Assembly (NCBI GenBank): GCA_016931955.1
Contig: JAFGDV010000004.1
Span: 1 to 29,519, forward strand
Direction of reading: 5' to 3'
DNA length: 29,519 nt
From: Candidatus Altiarchaeota archaeon
GTDB lineage: Archaea > Altiarchaeota > Altiarchaeia > IMC4 > QMZM01
Position numbers and translations under genes: made by a program. The notes under the pieces were generated by a model. That model searched no databases. It was not told where the DNA came from and saw nothing but the letters and a program-made list of their open reading frames with translations. Positions 1 through 9,482 of this stretch are shown piece after piece. The stretch's first letter is position 1; every line of letters begins with the position of its first letter.

Positions 1-31
1 TGATGGATGTTTTTGTCTTTCTTTGGGGTGA

Positions 32-58
32 AGCACTTTCTTTTCTAAAGAAAGGGCT
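32..58. repeat. REP-like palindrome (AGC-a-CTTTCTTT-tct-AAAGAAAG-g-GCT)
   Basis: Inverted repeat read directly; same architecture as the hairpin at 19010-19040. Confidence 0.55.
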
Positions 59-109
59 CGTGGGTAACAGGTTGCATGCTCATAAGGCTATCTTGTTGAG
101 GTTGTTGGG

Positions 110-1270
110 GTGAAGAAGACTGGTTTAACCTCTTTTGACGTGTATTTTCTCGTGAGGGAGTTGGGTGGTTTGCTCCGCTCTGGGAGGGTTGATAAGGTCT
201 ATCAGATCTCTGAGAGGGAGCTTAAGGTAAGGTTGCGGATTCCGGTGGAGGGTTCTTCTGAGCTTGTCGTCGCGCCAAACTATCTGTGTCTTAGTAGGTA
301 TCCTAGGGACGTGCCTGAGCAGCCGTCGTCTTTTGCGATGCAGTTGAGGAAACATTTGAGGGGTTCCTTGGTAAGGGAAGTCAGACAGCATGGGTTCGAC
401 AGGATAGTGGAGTTTATATTGGAGAGGGGTGATGTATCCTATACTCTGGTGGTTGAATTATTCAGCAAAGGCAATGTCATACTCTGTGATGCTGGGTGGA
501 AGATTCTGGGTCTGCTTGAATGGCAGAAGTGGAGGGATAGGCGTCTTGCAGTCGGGCAGAGATATGAGCACCCCCCAGCCGGAAGGAATCCTCTTGAGGT
601 TGATCTGGCAGCCTTCCTTGATGTATTAGGGAGCTCAGAGAAGATTGTTGTTTCAACACTTGCAACAGACGTTGGCTTAGGGGGCTTGTATGCGGAGGAG
701 GTCTGCCTCAGGTCGGGTGTGGGCAAAGAGAAAGCATCTGGTGAATTGTCTGACGAGGAAAAGATGGTTTTGTTTCAGGAAATACAGAAGTTGCTTGATT
801 CCATTGAAGGTGGGGTCTTGGAGCCAATGATCGTCTTAGATGAGGGGGGAGGATACCTTGATGTTCTGCCCTCCCCGTTGGGTGTTTACGAAGGCTGTGA
901 TAAAAAAAAGTTCCCAGCATTTAATGATGCCGTTGATGCCTACTTTAGCGAGGAAGCGTTCTCCAAGAGGAGGGATGAGAGGGAGGAAAAGGTCAGGGAA
1001 AGGCTTGAGAAGATCCTGAAGATTGAGGAAAAGCAGAGAGAAACCATCAGAAGGTTGGAAGAAAAAGCAGTGGAATATCAGATGATCGGTGACCTGATCT
1101 ACCAGAAACTCACGGCCCTGAATACGCTATTGGAGGCTGTGCGGGGGGAGAAGAAGAAGGGTGCTAAGTGGTCTGAGATCAGAGAAACGGCTGCAGGGAA
1201 AAGCTTTGATGGTATAAGGTTCGTTGACGTTGATGAAGGTGGTGTTATAACATTGGAGGTTGAAGCTTGA
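110..1270 (+). CDS. NFACT/Rqc2 (FbpA-like) ribosome quality-control protein, N-terminal part only (NFACT-N, HhH, coiled coil)
   Basis: Motifs TSFDV, KVYQ, PSSFAMQLRKHL, FDRIV, VELFSKGNVIL, GLGGLYAEEVC; ends after the coiled coil with no recognisable NFACT-R domain. Confidence 0.85.
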   Translation: MKKTGLTSFDVYFLVRELGGLLRSGRVDKVYQISERELKVRLRIPVEGSSELVVAPNYLCLSRYPRDVPEQPSSFAMQLRKHLRGSLVREVRQHGFDRIVEFILERGDVSYTLVVELFSKGNVILCDAGWKILGLLEWQKWRDRRLAVGQRYEHPPAGRNPLEVDLAAFLDVLGSSEKIVVSTLATDVGLGGLYAEEVCLRSGVGKEKASGELSDEEKMVLFQEIQKLLDSIEGGVLEPMIVLDEGGGYLDVLPSPLGVYEGCDKKKFPAFNDAVDAYFSEEAFSKRRDEREEKVRERLEKILKIEEKQRETIRRLEEKAVEYQMIGDLIYQKLTALNTLLEAVRGEKKKGAKWSEIRETAAGKSFDGIRFVDVDEGGVITLEVEA

Positions 1271-1755
1271 TAGGCATAATGTCGGATTCCCACGACGACC
1301 TTGAGGGGATAAGGATGGCCGTGGAATTCTTCAACACAAAGAAAACAAGCCTCGTAGTCCATGCAGGCGATATCATCTCACCGTTCACGTTCAAGGAGTT
1401 CAGGAAACTGGGCTGCAGCCTTAGAGGGGTTTTCGGAAACAACGACGGAGAGCGGAAGGGTCTTAACGAGAAGTTCTCTGTATTAGACATGGAGTTCAGG
1501 GACATACTGGAGATGGAATACGACAACGTTAAGGTTTGCGTTTATCATGGCACATACGAGGAGATCGTTCATGCGCTCGTGGAAAGCGGGAGATACGACG
1601 TCGTCGTAAGAGGTCACAATCACAAGGCGGAGGTCTGGAGAAAAGAAAAGACATTGGTCGTGAATCCTGGGGAGGTATGTGGCTATTTGACTGGGCGAAA
1701 GACCGTAGCACTACTTGATCTAGAGGATTTGTCTGCTACTATATATGAAGTCTAG
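1267..1755 (+). CDS. YfcE/MJ0936-family metallophosphoesterase
   Basis: Motifs SDSHD, HAGD, GNND, HG, GHNH, NPGE; 4-nt overlap with the upstream stop. Confidence 0.92.
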   Translation: MIGIMSDSHDDLEGIRMAVEFFNTKKTSLVVHAGDIISPFTFKEFRKLGCSLRGVFGNNDGERKGLNEKFSVLDMEFRDILEMEYDNVKVCVYHGTYEEIVHALVESGRYDVVVRGHNHKAEVWRKEKTLVVNPGEVCGYLTGRKTVALLDLEDLSATIYEV

Positions 1756-1791
1756 GCAAATTATTATCTAAGCTGATCTGGTTTATGGAAG

Positions 1792-3816
1792 ATGATTGAA
1801 AAGATAAGGAAACGAGACGGCAGGGTCGTAGGCTTTGAGCTGGGGAAGATAGAGAACGCAATATATAAAGCCACATGTGCGGTGAAGAAGGGAGATAGGG
1901 AGCTGGCTGAGCGGCTTGCTTCGAAGGTCTCACAGATACTGAGAAAGAGGTTCGAGGGGAGGATACCTACAGTAGAGGATGTACAGGACGTAGTTGAGAA
2001 TGTCCTCATAAAGGAGGGCTGCTCTGATATTGCGAAGGCATACATCCTCTACAGGAGGGGGAGGGAGGAGATAAGGAAGACCAAAGCAGTCTATGGAGTC
2101 TACGATGAGCTTAAGCTTTCCGTTAACGCTATAAAGGTCTTGGAGAGGAGATACCTCAGAAAGGACGAAGGTGGGAGGATAGTCGAGAATCCTGAGGGGA
2201 TGTTCAGGCGCGTCTCAAAGGCGGTTGCTTTGGCTGACAGCCCCTACAACAGAAAAGCGGATCTTGGGAAACTGGGAGACGAATTCTATGCTGCGATGGC
2301 TTCATTGGAGTTTCTCCCGAATTCGCCGACCCTTATGAATGCAGGAACCGATGTAGGGCAATTATCTGCGTGTTTTGTTCTCCCGGTCGAGGATTCGATG
2401 GAGAGTATCTTCGATGCAGTGAAGAACGCTGCATTGATCCATCAGAGCGGCGGCGGGACTGGTTTCTCGTTCTCAAGGTTGAGACCTAAAGACGACATAG
2501 TCAAATCCACTGGAGGTGTCGCCTCCGGTCCAGTGTCTTTTATGAGGGTATTCAATACAGCAACTGAGGTCATCCGCCAGGGCGGGAGGAGGAGGGGCGC
2601 CAACATGGGGATCCTGAGGATCGACCACCCAGACATCATGGAGTTCATTACGGCAAAGGAGCATGAGAACGAATTCAGGAACTTTAATCTCTCTGTTGCA
2701 GTGACTGATGAATTCATGGAGGCTGTCATGGAGGGCGGAGACTATGGGCTGGTGAATCCTAGAACGAAGGGCGTCGTGGGCAGGCTGAATGCTAGAAAGG
2801 TTTTTGACCTCATCGTCATGATGGCTTGGAAGAACGGCGAACCGGGGTTGATATTCTTGGACACGATAAACAAGCATAATCCCACACCCAAGCTTGGTGA
2901 GATAGAAGCCACCAACCCTTGTGGTGAGGTCCCCCTGCTGCCCTATGAAAGCTGCAACCTTGGTTCAATAAACCTTTCAAGGATGTCTTCAGATGGCGAA
3001 GTAGACTGGGAGAAGTTGCGGAAAACCGTTGATCTGGGGGTGCACTTCCTGGATAATGTGATCGATGTGAACAAGTACCCGTTATCGATTATAGAAAAAG
3101 CGACAAAGGCGAACAGGAAGATCGGACTAGGGATCATGGGGTTCGCTGATCTATTGGTGGAGTTGGGTATAGCATACAATTCTGAGGAAGGTATAAAAAC
3201 CGCGGAAAAACTGATGAAGTTCATACAGGGGAGGTCGAAGGAATCCTCTATGGGTCTAGCGGAGGAGAGGGGTGTTTTCCCGAACCTTGAGGGCAGCGTC
3301 TATGGTGGGGAGATGATGTTGAGGAATGCCACCATCACAACTATAGCGCCCACCGGGAGCATAAGCATAATAGCTAATTGCTCCTCTGGCATAGAGCCGC
3401 TCTTCGCTGTATCATACATAAGGAATGTTCTTGGGACGGAGCTCGTCGAGATTAACCCAATATTCGAGAGGTTGGCGAGGGAGCAAGGTTTCTATAGCGA
3501 AGAATTGATGAGGAAGATCGCCTCCTCTGGGTCTGTTCAAGGCTTCGATGATGTTCCTGAGAACGTTAGAGGGGTTTTCGTGACAGCCCATGAGATAAAG
3601 CCTGAGTGGCATATAAGGATGCAGGCGGCATTCCAAAAGCATGTGGACAACTCTATATCCAAGACGATAAACTTTCCAGAGAATTCGACGTTGGATGATG
3701 TCGAGGAAGCATTCCTCTTAGCCCACAGGCTTGGGTGTAAGGGCATCACAGTCTATAGGTATAGGAGCAGGGGTGAACAGGTTCTTGACATAGGATGTGC
3801 TGTGTGTTCAACCTAA
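1792..3816 (+). CDS. nrdJ: Class II (adenosylcobalamin-dependent) ribonucleotide reductase with N-terminal ATP cone
   Basis: ATP cone (KRDGRVV), PNSPTLMNAG, SACFV, GGGTG, TNPCGE, TIAPTGS, KGITVYR, C-terminal CAVC; no beta subunit nearby; adjacent to cobO. Confidence 0.92.
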   Translation: MIEKIRKRDGRVVGFELGKIENAIYKATCAVKKGDRELAERLASKVSQILRKRFEGRIPTVEDVQDVVENVLIKEGCSDIAKAYILYRRGREEIRKTKAVYGVYDELKLSVNAIKVLERRYLRKDEGGRIVENPEGMFRRVSKAVALADSPYNRKADLGKLGDEFYAAMASLEFLPNSPTLMNAGTDVGQLSACFVLPVEDSMESIFDAVKNAALIHQSGGGTGFSFSRLRPKDDIVKSTGGVASGPVSFMRVFNTATEVIRQGGRRRGANMGILRIDHPDIMEFITAKEHENEFRNFNLSVAVTDEFMEAVMEGGDYGLVNPRTKGVVGRLNARKVFDLIVMMAWKNGEPGLIFLDTINKHNPTPKLGEIEATNPCGEVPLLPYESCNLGSINLSRMSSDGEVDWEKLRKTVDLGVHFLDNVIDVNKYPLSIIEKATKANRKIGLGIMGFADLLVELGIAYNSEEGIKTAEKLMKFIQGRSKESSMGLAEERGVFPNLEGSVYGGEMMLRNATITTIAPTGSISIIANCSSGIEPLFAVSYIRNVLGTELVEINPIFERLAREQGFYSEELMRKIASSGSVQGFDDVPENVRGVFVTAHEIKPEWHIRMQAAFQKHVDNSISKTINFPENSTLDDVEEAFLLAHRLGCKGITVYRYRSRGEQVLDIGCAVCST

Positions 3817-3818
3817 AG

Positions 3819-4328
3819 ATGATTCACGTCTACACTGGTGAGGGGGCGGGGAAGACCATAACAGCGTTGGGGCTTGCTTTAAGGGCTATGGGTCATGGCA
3901 GGAAGGTTGTCATGATACAGTTCATGAAGGGTAGGAGGGATACTGGGGAGTATAAGATAGCTAAGAGGCTTGCTCCGGGTTTTGAGGTCTACCAGTTTGG
4001 CAGGGAGGACTTTGTTGACATGGAGGAACCAATGGAAGAGGATTTTTCCCTGGCTAATAAGGGGTTTTCCTTAGCTAAGGAGATGCTGAAAAAGCGACCT
4101 GATCTCCTTATCTTGGATGAGGTAAATCTTGCTGTTTCTATTGGTTTGATTAACTTAGATGAATTTCTGGATTTCTTGGATAGCATTCCAGAAGACATGA
4201 CTGTTGTCTTAACTGGTAGGAGGGCGCCGAAGGAGTTCATTGAGAAGGCTGATCTTGCTACAGAAATGATCTACATCAAACACCCTTTTGATAGGGGTGT
4301 TGAATCCCGGGAGGGTCTGGACTACTGA
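3819..4328 (+). CDS. cobO: Cob(I)alamin/corrinoid adenosyltransferase (CobA/CobO/BtuR family)
   Basis: IHVYTGEGAGKT P-loop, QFMKG, ILDE, LTGR, KHPF; start set at ATG 3819 just after the nrdJ stop. Confidence 0.92.
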   Translation: MIHVYTGEGAGKTITALGLALRAMGHGRKVVMIQFMKGRRDTGEYKIAKRLAPGFEVYQFGREDFVDMEEPMEEDFSLANKGFSLAKEMLKKRPDLLILDEVNLAVSIGLINLDEFLDFLDSIPEDMTVVLTGRRAPKEFIEKADLATEMIYIKHPFDRGVESREGLDY

Positions 4329-4780
4329 ATTTCATTGTTGATTGAATAATATCCATAAAATCTCGAATAAAAAATACGTTTAAAAAAAATATTTTCTTCC
4401 AATTTTTTTGGTATGAAAAATGACCCAAAATTGTAATGATGTTATGGAAAAATGAACAATAAAGAATGTTATAAAAATTCCAATGGTTCATTTAATCCTA
4501 AAGATAAAGAATAATATATAATAAATACTAACAAAATCCGAAAATATTGAAATAGAATTTTCATAAATGCCTTTTAGAATGATCTGCTGAATAATAAGAA
4601 AAAAATCATACGATTTTTTAAGATTATTATTGTTTTGCAGTCATATGTCCCTTTAGAACGCCTAATAAATGGTGTATTATACAGATATTCGGATAAATGT
4701 TCAATATAAATTCAAATATAATATACAATCTCTATGAAATTTCCCCGAATACTTTTTATATTCAGTTTTTCAATAAATAA
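4329..4780. other. Very AT-rich non-coding spacer
   Basis: Abrupt composition shift relative to flanking genes; no credible ORF; TATA-like TTTTTATA at 4753-4760. Confidence 0.7.
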
Positions 4781-4909
4781 ACAAGTGGGGAGGGGTGTTC
4801 AAGAAAGACAGTTTGTACGTTAAAAAGTAGGGGGCACCGATTCAAGCGTTAACATTTTCTTGGTTTGGACACCTCAGTTATAGTGGATCTCATGTAAGCC
4901 CTCTGTAGG

Positions 4910-6175
4910 ATGAGTACCAGAACACAGAACATCAAGGTATTGATGTTTGGATGGGAGTTCCCGCCGTTCAACAGCGGGGGATTGGGCGTAGCATGCCAAG
5001 GTTTAACTAGAGGTCTGACTAGGCAGGGCGTTGAAATCCTGTTCGTTCTACCAAAAATACACGGGGCTTTAAATGAAGACTACATGAGAATCCTGTCAGC
5101 GGAGAGTTTCAACAAAAAAGTAGGAAAGATCACATTCAAGGCGGTTGACTCCATATTGAAACCCTACATGTCCTCCAAGAATTACAGATTAGAGATCACA
5201 GGACTTGAGGCGTTCATGGGAGAAGCGAAAGACATCTATGGATCAGACCTGTTCTCTGAGGTGAGGCGCTACTCAGCACACGCAAAAAACATAGCATTGC
5301 ATGAAGACTACAATGTGATACACTGTCACGACTGGCTTACCTTCCCAGCCGGCATCGTTGCAAAGAAGATGGCAGAGCTGCGGGGCTTAAAAACATCATT
5401 GATAACACATGTGCATGCGACGGAGTTCGACAGAACAGGCGGCATTCCAAATCAGTACGTGTATGACATAGAGAAGGTGGGAATGCATCATGCAGACTAC
5501 ATAATAACCGTGAGCGAGTACACGAAGAATATTGTCACAAAACACTACGGCATTGATCCGAAAAAGGTCCACGTAGTCCACAACTCGATCGATTTCAGCG
5601 AAAACGGAACCGAAGAGGAATTCAAGATAAAGAAACACTATAAGACCGTTCTCTTCCTCGGTAGGATGACCATACAGAAGGGACCAGACCACTTTCTATG
5701 GATCGCTAAGAGGATCTCTGAGCTAGATGACAACGTAAGGTTCATCATGGTGGGAAGTGGAGACATGTCAAGATACATAGTCGAGGAGGCTGCAAACATG
5801 GGCATAGGAGACAAGGTGCTCTTCTCAGATTTCCTTAATGGAAGAGACGTCGACAGGGCTTACAGGATGGCGGACGTCTACGTTATGAGCTCCATCTCGG
5901 AGCCATTTGGGATCACAGCATTGGAAGCTATGAAGAATCACACACCAGTTGTTATATCAAAGCAATCAGGCGTTTCAGAGATCCTGAAGAACTGCCTTGT
6001 CGCGGATTTCTGGGACGTGAATCTTATGGCTGACAAAATACTGTCTGTCCTCTACAACCCTGAATTGAGGAATCAGCTATTGGAGGAGGGGCTGAAGGAG
6101 ATCAGAAAATTCAGCTGGGACAGACCAGCAAACCAGTGCATAGAGATCTACAAAAGAGCGCTAGCAGGGTGTTAG
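4910..6175 (+). CDS. GT4 glycosyltransferase of glycogen cluster
   Basis: WEFPPFNSGGLG, IHCHDW, HATE, GRMTIQKG, SEPFGITALEA. Confidence 0.9.
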   Translation: MSTRTQNIKVLMFGWEFPPFNSGGLGVACQGLTRGLTRQGVEILFVLPKIHGALNEDYMRILSAESFNKKVGKITFKAVDSILKPYMSSKNYRLEITGLEAFMGEAKDIYGSDLFSEVRRYSAHAKNIALHEDYNVIHCHDWLTFPAGIVAKKMAELRGLKTSLITHVHATEFDRTGGIPNQYVYDIEKVGMHHADYIITVSEYTKNIVTKHYGIDPKKVHVVHNSIDFSENGTEEEFKIKKHYKTVLFLGRMTIQKGPDHFLWIAKRISELDDNVRFIMVGSGDMSRYIVEEAANMGIGDKVLFSDFLNGRDVDRAYRMADVYVMSSISEPFGITALEAMKNHTPVVISKQSGVSEILKNCLVADFWDVNLMADKILSVLYNPELRNQLLEEGLKEIRKFSWDRPANQCIEIYKRALAGC

Positions 6176-6176
6176 A

Positions 6177-7373
6177 ATGGTTTCTGTCTGTTTTTACTTC
6201 CAAGTGCATCAACCTTACAGGCTGAAGAAGTACTCCATATTCGAAATAGGCAACGGCGGAAAATACTTCGACGAAGAAAAGAACAGGGAGATACTCAACA
6301 AGGTAAGTGGGAAATGCTATCTGCCTGCGAACAACCTGATACTCGACCTGATCCATGAAACAGACGGCAGATTCAAGGTAGCTTATAGTTTGACTGGCAT
6401 CATTCTAGAGCAATTTGAGGAACACAGGCCGGATGTCTTGGAGAGCTTCCAACGGCTGGTGGATACGGGATGCGTTGAGCTTCTGGATGAAACCTACCAC
6501 CATACACTGGCAGCGTTATACTCCGAGAAAGAGTTCAAAGAACAGGTGAAGCTCCACCGGAAGAAGATAAGGCAGTTGTTTGGATATAAACCAAAGATCT
6601 TCAGGAACACGGAACTGGTCTACAACAACCGGATAGCTTATCTTGCGGAACAGATGGGCTATGCAGGTGTTCTGGCTGAGGGGGCAGACTATATACTGGG
6701 CTGGAGGAGTCCCAATTTCGTCTACAGGGCAAAGATGGCGAAAGACATCAGATTACTGTTGAAGAATTATCGGCTATCGGATGACATAGCGTTCAGGTTC
6801 TCTCAGAGGGGGTGGGAGGGCTGGCCCCTAACAGCGGACAAATTCGCGGCCTGGGTTAACGCAGTGAATGGAAACGGCAACGTAGTTAATCTGTTCATGG
6901 ACTACGAAACCATTGGAGAGCACCAGTGGGAGGATACGGGGATCTTTGAGTTCCTACGCTATCTGCCGCGTGAAATACTGAGGAATCCGGACAACGACTT
7001 CAAGACGCCCTCTGAGGTGGTAGAAGCCTACGAACCAGTTGCTGAAATAGACATGAGGCAGGTGGTTTCGTGGGCAGACATCGAACGAGACCTCTCCGCT
7101 TGGCTGGGCAACCAGATGCAGAGGACGTCAATATCCAAGCTTTATGAACTGGAGGATAAGATAGAGAAAACTGGCGACCAAAAGCTGATAGATGACTGGC
7201 GGAGGCTTCAGACGACGGATCACTTCTACTACATGTGCACCAAGTGGTTTAACGACGGCGACGTGCACAAGTACTTCAATGCATATGATAGACCGCATGA
7301 CTCATTCATAGCGTTCACTAATGTTCTCACAGACCTAAGGATGAGGTTGAACGAGAAATCAATGTCGGCATAA
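6177..7373 (+). CDS. GH57 alpha-amylase-like glycoside hydrolase
   Basis: GH57 conserved regions HQP, ETYHH, RNTEL, FMDYETIGEH, SWAD, LQTTDHFYYM. Confidence 0.92.
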   Translation: MVSVCFYFQVHQPYRLKKYSIFEIGNGGKYFDEEKNREILNKVSGKCYLPANNLILDLIHETDGRFKVAYSLTGIILEQFEEHRPDVLESFQRLVDTGCVELLDETYHHTLAALYSEKEFKEQVKLHRKKIRQLFGYKPKIFRNTELVYNNRIAYLAEQMGYAGVLAEGADYILGWRSPNFVYRAKMAKDIRLLLKNYRLSDDIAFRFSQRGWEGWPLTADKFAAWVNAVNGNGNVVNLFMDYETIGEHQWEDTGIFEFLRYLPREILRNPDNDFKTPSEVVEAYEPVAEIDMRQVVSWADIERDLSAWLGNQMQRTSISKLYELEDKIEKTGDQKLIDDWRRLQTTDHFYYMCTKWFNDGDVHKYFNAYDRPHDSFIAFTNVLTDLRMRLNEKSMSA

Positions 7374-7388
7374 AAAAAGAGGTGAAAA

Positions 7389-7706
7389 ATGGCAAAAACA
7401 AAAAAGAAAAAAACAACAAAAACAGCAATCAAGGATGCGAAGAAGTTTTTGAGCGACGTACCGGCTGATAAGTGCTTCTGGGTTAACAACGGTTGGATAA
7501 TGAGAAACCTGCAGGAGCTACCCCTCGCATTGGAAAACATGGGTGAAGAAACCTTCGTCTACCACGTGAACAAGGCCAAGAACGACTTCCACAACTGGAT
7601 AACCCATGTGATCGGGGATAAGACGCTCGCACAGGGTATAAAGAGTTCCAATAAAAAAGACATGTTAGCCAAAGTCAAGAAAAGGATAGCGCAGCTTAAA
7701 GGATGA
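7389..7706 (+). CDS. Small DUF5752-like protein associated with GH57/glycogen clusters
   Basis: Pattern FW..NG...RNL.EL...L..M..ETF.YHV....NDF.NW...V.GD..LA; RBS GAGGTGA upstream; ATGA overlap with the next gene. Confidence 0.7.
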   Translation: MAKTKKKKTTKTAIKDAKKFLSDVPADKCFWVNNGWIMRNLQELPLALENMGEETFVYHVNKAKNDFHNWITHVIGDKTLAQGIKSSNKKDMLAKVKKRIAQLKG

Positions 7707-9481
7707 ACAAGAATTACCTCTTTGAGGTTAGCTGGGAGGTCTGCAACAAGGTCGGGGGGATAAATACTGTTATAGTATCGAAGACCCCCTATCTGGTTAG
7801 GCACTACAAGGAAAACTACTGCCTCATAGGCCCCCACCTACCTGAGAAGGCGGTTGCCGAATTCCAAGAGAAGATCCCGCCAGATAAGCTGCACCACATC
7901 TTCGAGAGATTACATGGTGAGGGCATAGTATGCCACTACGGCAGATGGCTTATAAACGACAATCCATCGACGATATTAGTCGATTACACAGGATACACCA
8001 AAAAGAACAACGATATAAAGGCTAGACTCTGGGAGGAATACAAGATAGATTCTCTGGGGACATACTTCCATGACTTCGATGAGCCTATCCTATGGGGGCA
8101 CGCCGTCGGTAGACTACTTGAGGAGATATGCCAGTCATACAAGCGAAAAAAGGTCGCACAGTTCCATGAATGGTTGAGCTGCGGGGCCCTACTATACCTC
8201 AAGATGAGGAAGGTCAAGATAGGAACGGTTTTCACAACCCACGCCACGATGCTTGGGAGGACTCTGGCCGGCAATAATGTCGACCTGTACAACCTCCTTG
8301 GGAAGATAGATCCAGAAGAGGAAGCGTATAACTGGAATATGGCGGCAAAACACCAGGTTGAAAGGGTTTCAGCGCATGTCTGTGACGTCTTCACCACAGT
8401 AAGCGAGATAACGGCGATTGAGGCAGAACACTTCCTGAAAAAGAAACCGGATATCTTATTGTTTAATGGCATCGACCTAAAGAATCATCCAAGCTTCGAC
8501 GAGGTGGCAGTGAAGCATAGACTCTACAGGGAGAAGATAAAGGACTTCATACAGTACTACTTTTTCCCCTACTATTCCTTCGACTTGGATAACACACTCA
8601 TATACTTTATATCAGGTAGGTACGAGTTCCACAACAAGGGGTTGGACGTATTCATCCAAGCACTTGGTAAACTGAATCAAAAACTGAAAAACGAGAAATC
8701 GAAGAGATCCATTGTAGTATTCTTCTGGATTCCGGCCGACGTGGTGAGGATAAAACCAAGCCTGTCGAAGGCGCGGGCATATTATGATGACATAAAGGAT
8801 TCCATCAACGACGACATAGATACGATAAAGAAGAAGATGATCACATGCCTAGTATCCAAGCAGTCAATAACCGAATGCAGGCTGTTCTCTAATGATTTCA
8901 TGAATCAGACCGATAAGAAGGTCCTCAGGTTTCTGATACAGGGGAACCCACCACTCTGCACCCACGACCTCAAGAACGAAGAAAATGATCCGATACTTAA
9001 GAGCTTCAATGAAGAGGGCTTACTGAACAGAAAAGAGGATCCAGTGAAGGTCGTATTCTATCCCATATACCTGACAGGAGCAGATAGTCTATTAGACCTA
9101 ACCTACGACGAAGCAGTCATTGGATCACATCTGGGGGTTTTCCCATCATATTATGAGCCATGGGGTTACACCCCCCTCGAAACCGCCGCACTTGGTGTGG
9201 CATCTGTGACAACAGATTTCAGCGGATTCGGCAGATACCTTGAGATAGATTCTGCGAGGGATAACATGGGCGTGTTCGTCATAGACATGCTGGGTAAGAG
9301 TGACAGGAAAAAAGTGGATAACCTCTATGAGTCACTATACAATTTCTCTAGCTTAAGCACCGACGAGAGGGTGAGGAACAAGGTCGAAGCACAGAGGTTA
9401 TCGATCCTCGTGGACTGGGAGATACTCATCCACAACTATCTGAAGGCTCATCAGTTGGCTTTAGAAAGGGCATACAGGTAA
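7703..9481 (+). CDS. GT3 (eukaryote-type) glycogen synthase
   Basis: FEVSWEVCNKVGGI, FHEW, FTTHATMLGR, FTTVSEIT, GRYEFHNKG, FPSYYEPWGYTPLE. Confidence 0.93.
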   Translation: MNKNYLFEVSWEVCNKVGGINTVIVSKTPYLVRHYKENYCLIGPHLPEKAVAEFQEKIPPDKLHHIFERLHGEGIVCHYGRWLINDNPSTILVDYTGYTKKNNDIKARLWEEYKIDSLGTYFHDFDEPILWGHAVGRLLEEICQSYKRKKVAQFHEWLSCGALLYLKMRKVKIGTVFTTHATMLGRTLAGNNVDLYNLLGKIDPEEEAYNWNMAAKHQVERVSAHVCDVFTTVSEITAIEAEHFLKKKPDILLFNGIDLKNHPSFDEVAVKHRLYREKIKDFIQYYFFPYYSFDLDNTLIYFISGRYEFHNKGLDVFIQALGKLNQKLKNEKSKRSIVVFFWIPADVVRIKPSLSKARAYYDDIKDSINDDIDTIKKKMITCLVSKQSITECRLFSNDFMNQTDKKVLRFLIQGNPPLCTHDLKNEENDPILKSFNEEGLLNRKEDPVKVVFYPIYLTGADSLLDLTYDEAVIGSHLGVFPSYYEPWGYTPLETAALGVASVTTDFSGFGRYLEIDSARDNMGVFVIDMLGKSDRKKVDNLYESLYNFSSLSTDERVRNKVEAQRLSILVDWEILIHNYLKAHQLALERAYR

Positions 9482-9482
9482 G

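Noticed and set aside
1792-3816. Intein in the ribonucleotide reductase
   Set aside because: Length and motif spacing are continuous; no intein termini or LAGLIDADG motifs seen.
4329-4909. Replication origin call
   Set aside because: AT-rich, but I could not see repeated ORB-like motifs or a cdc6/orc1 gene.
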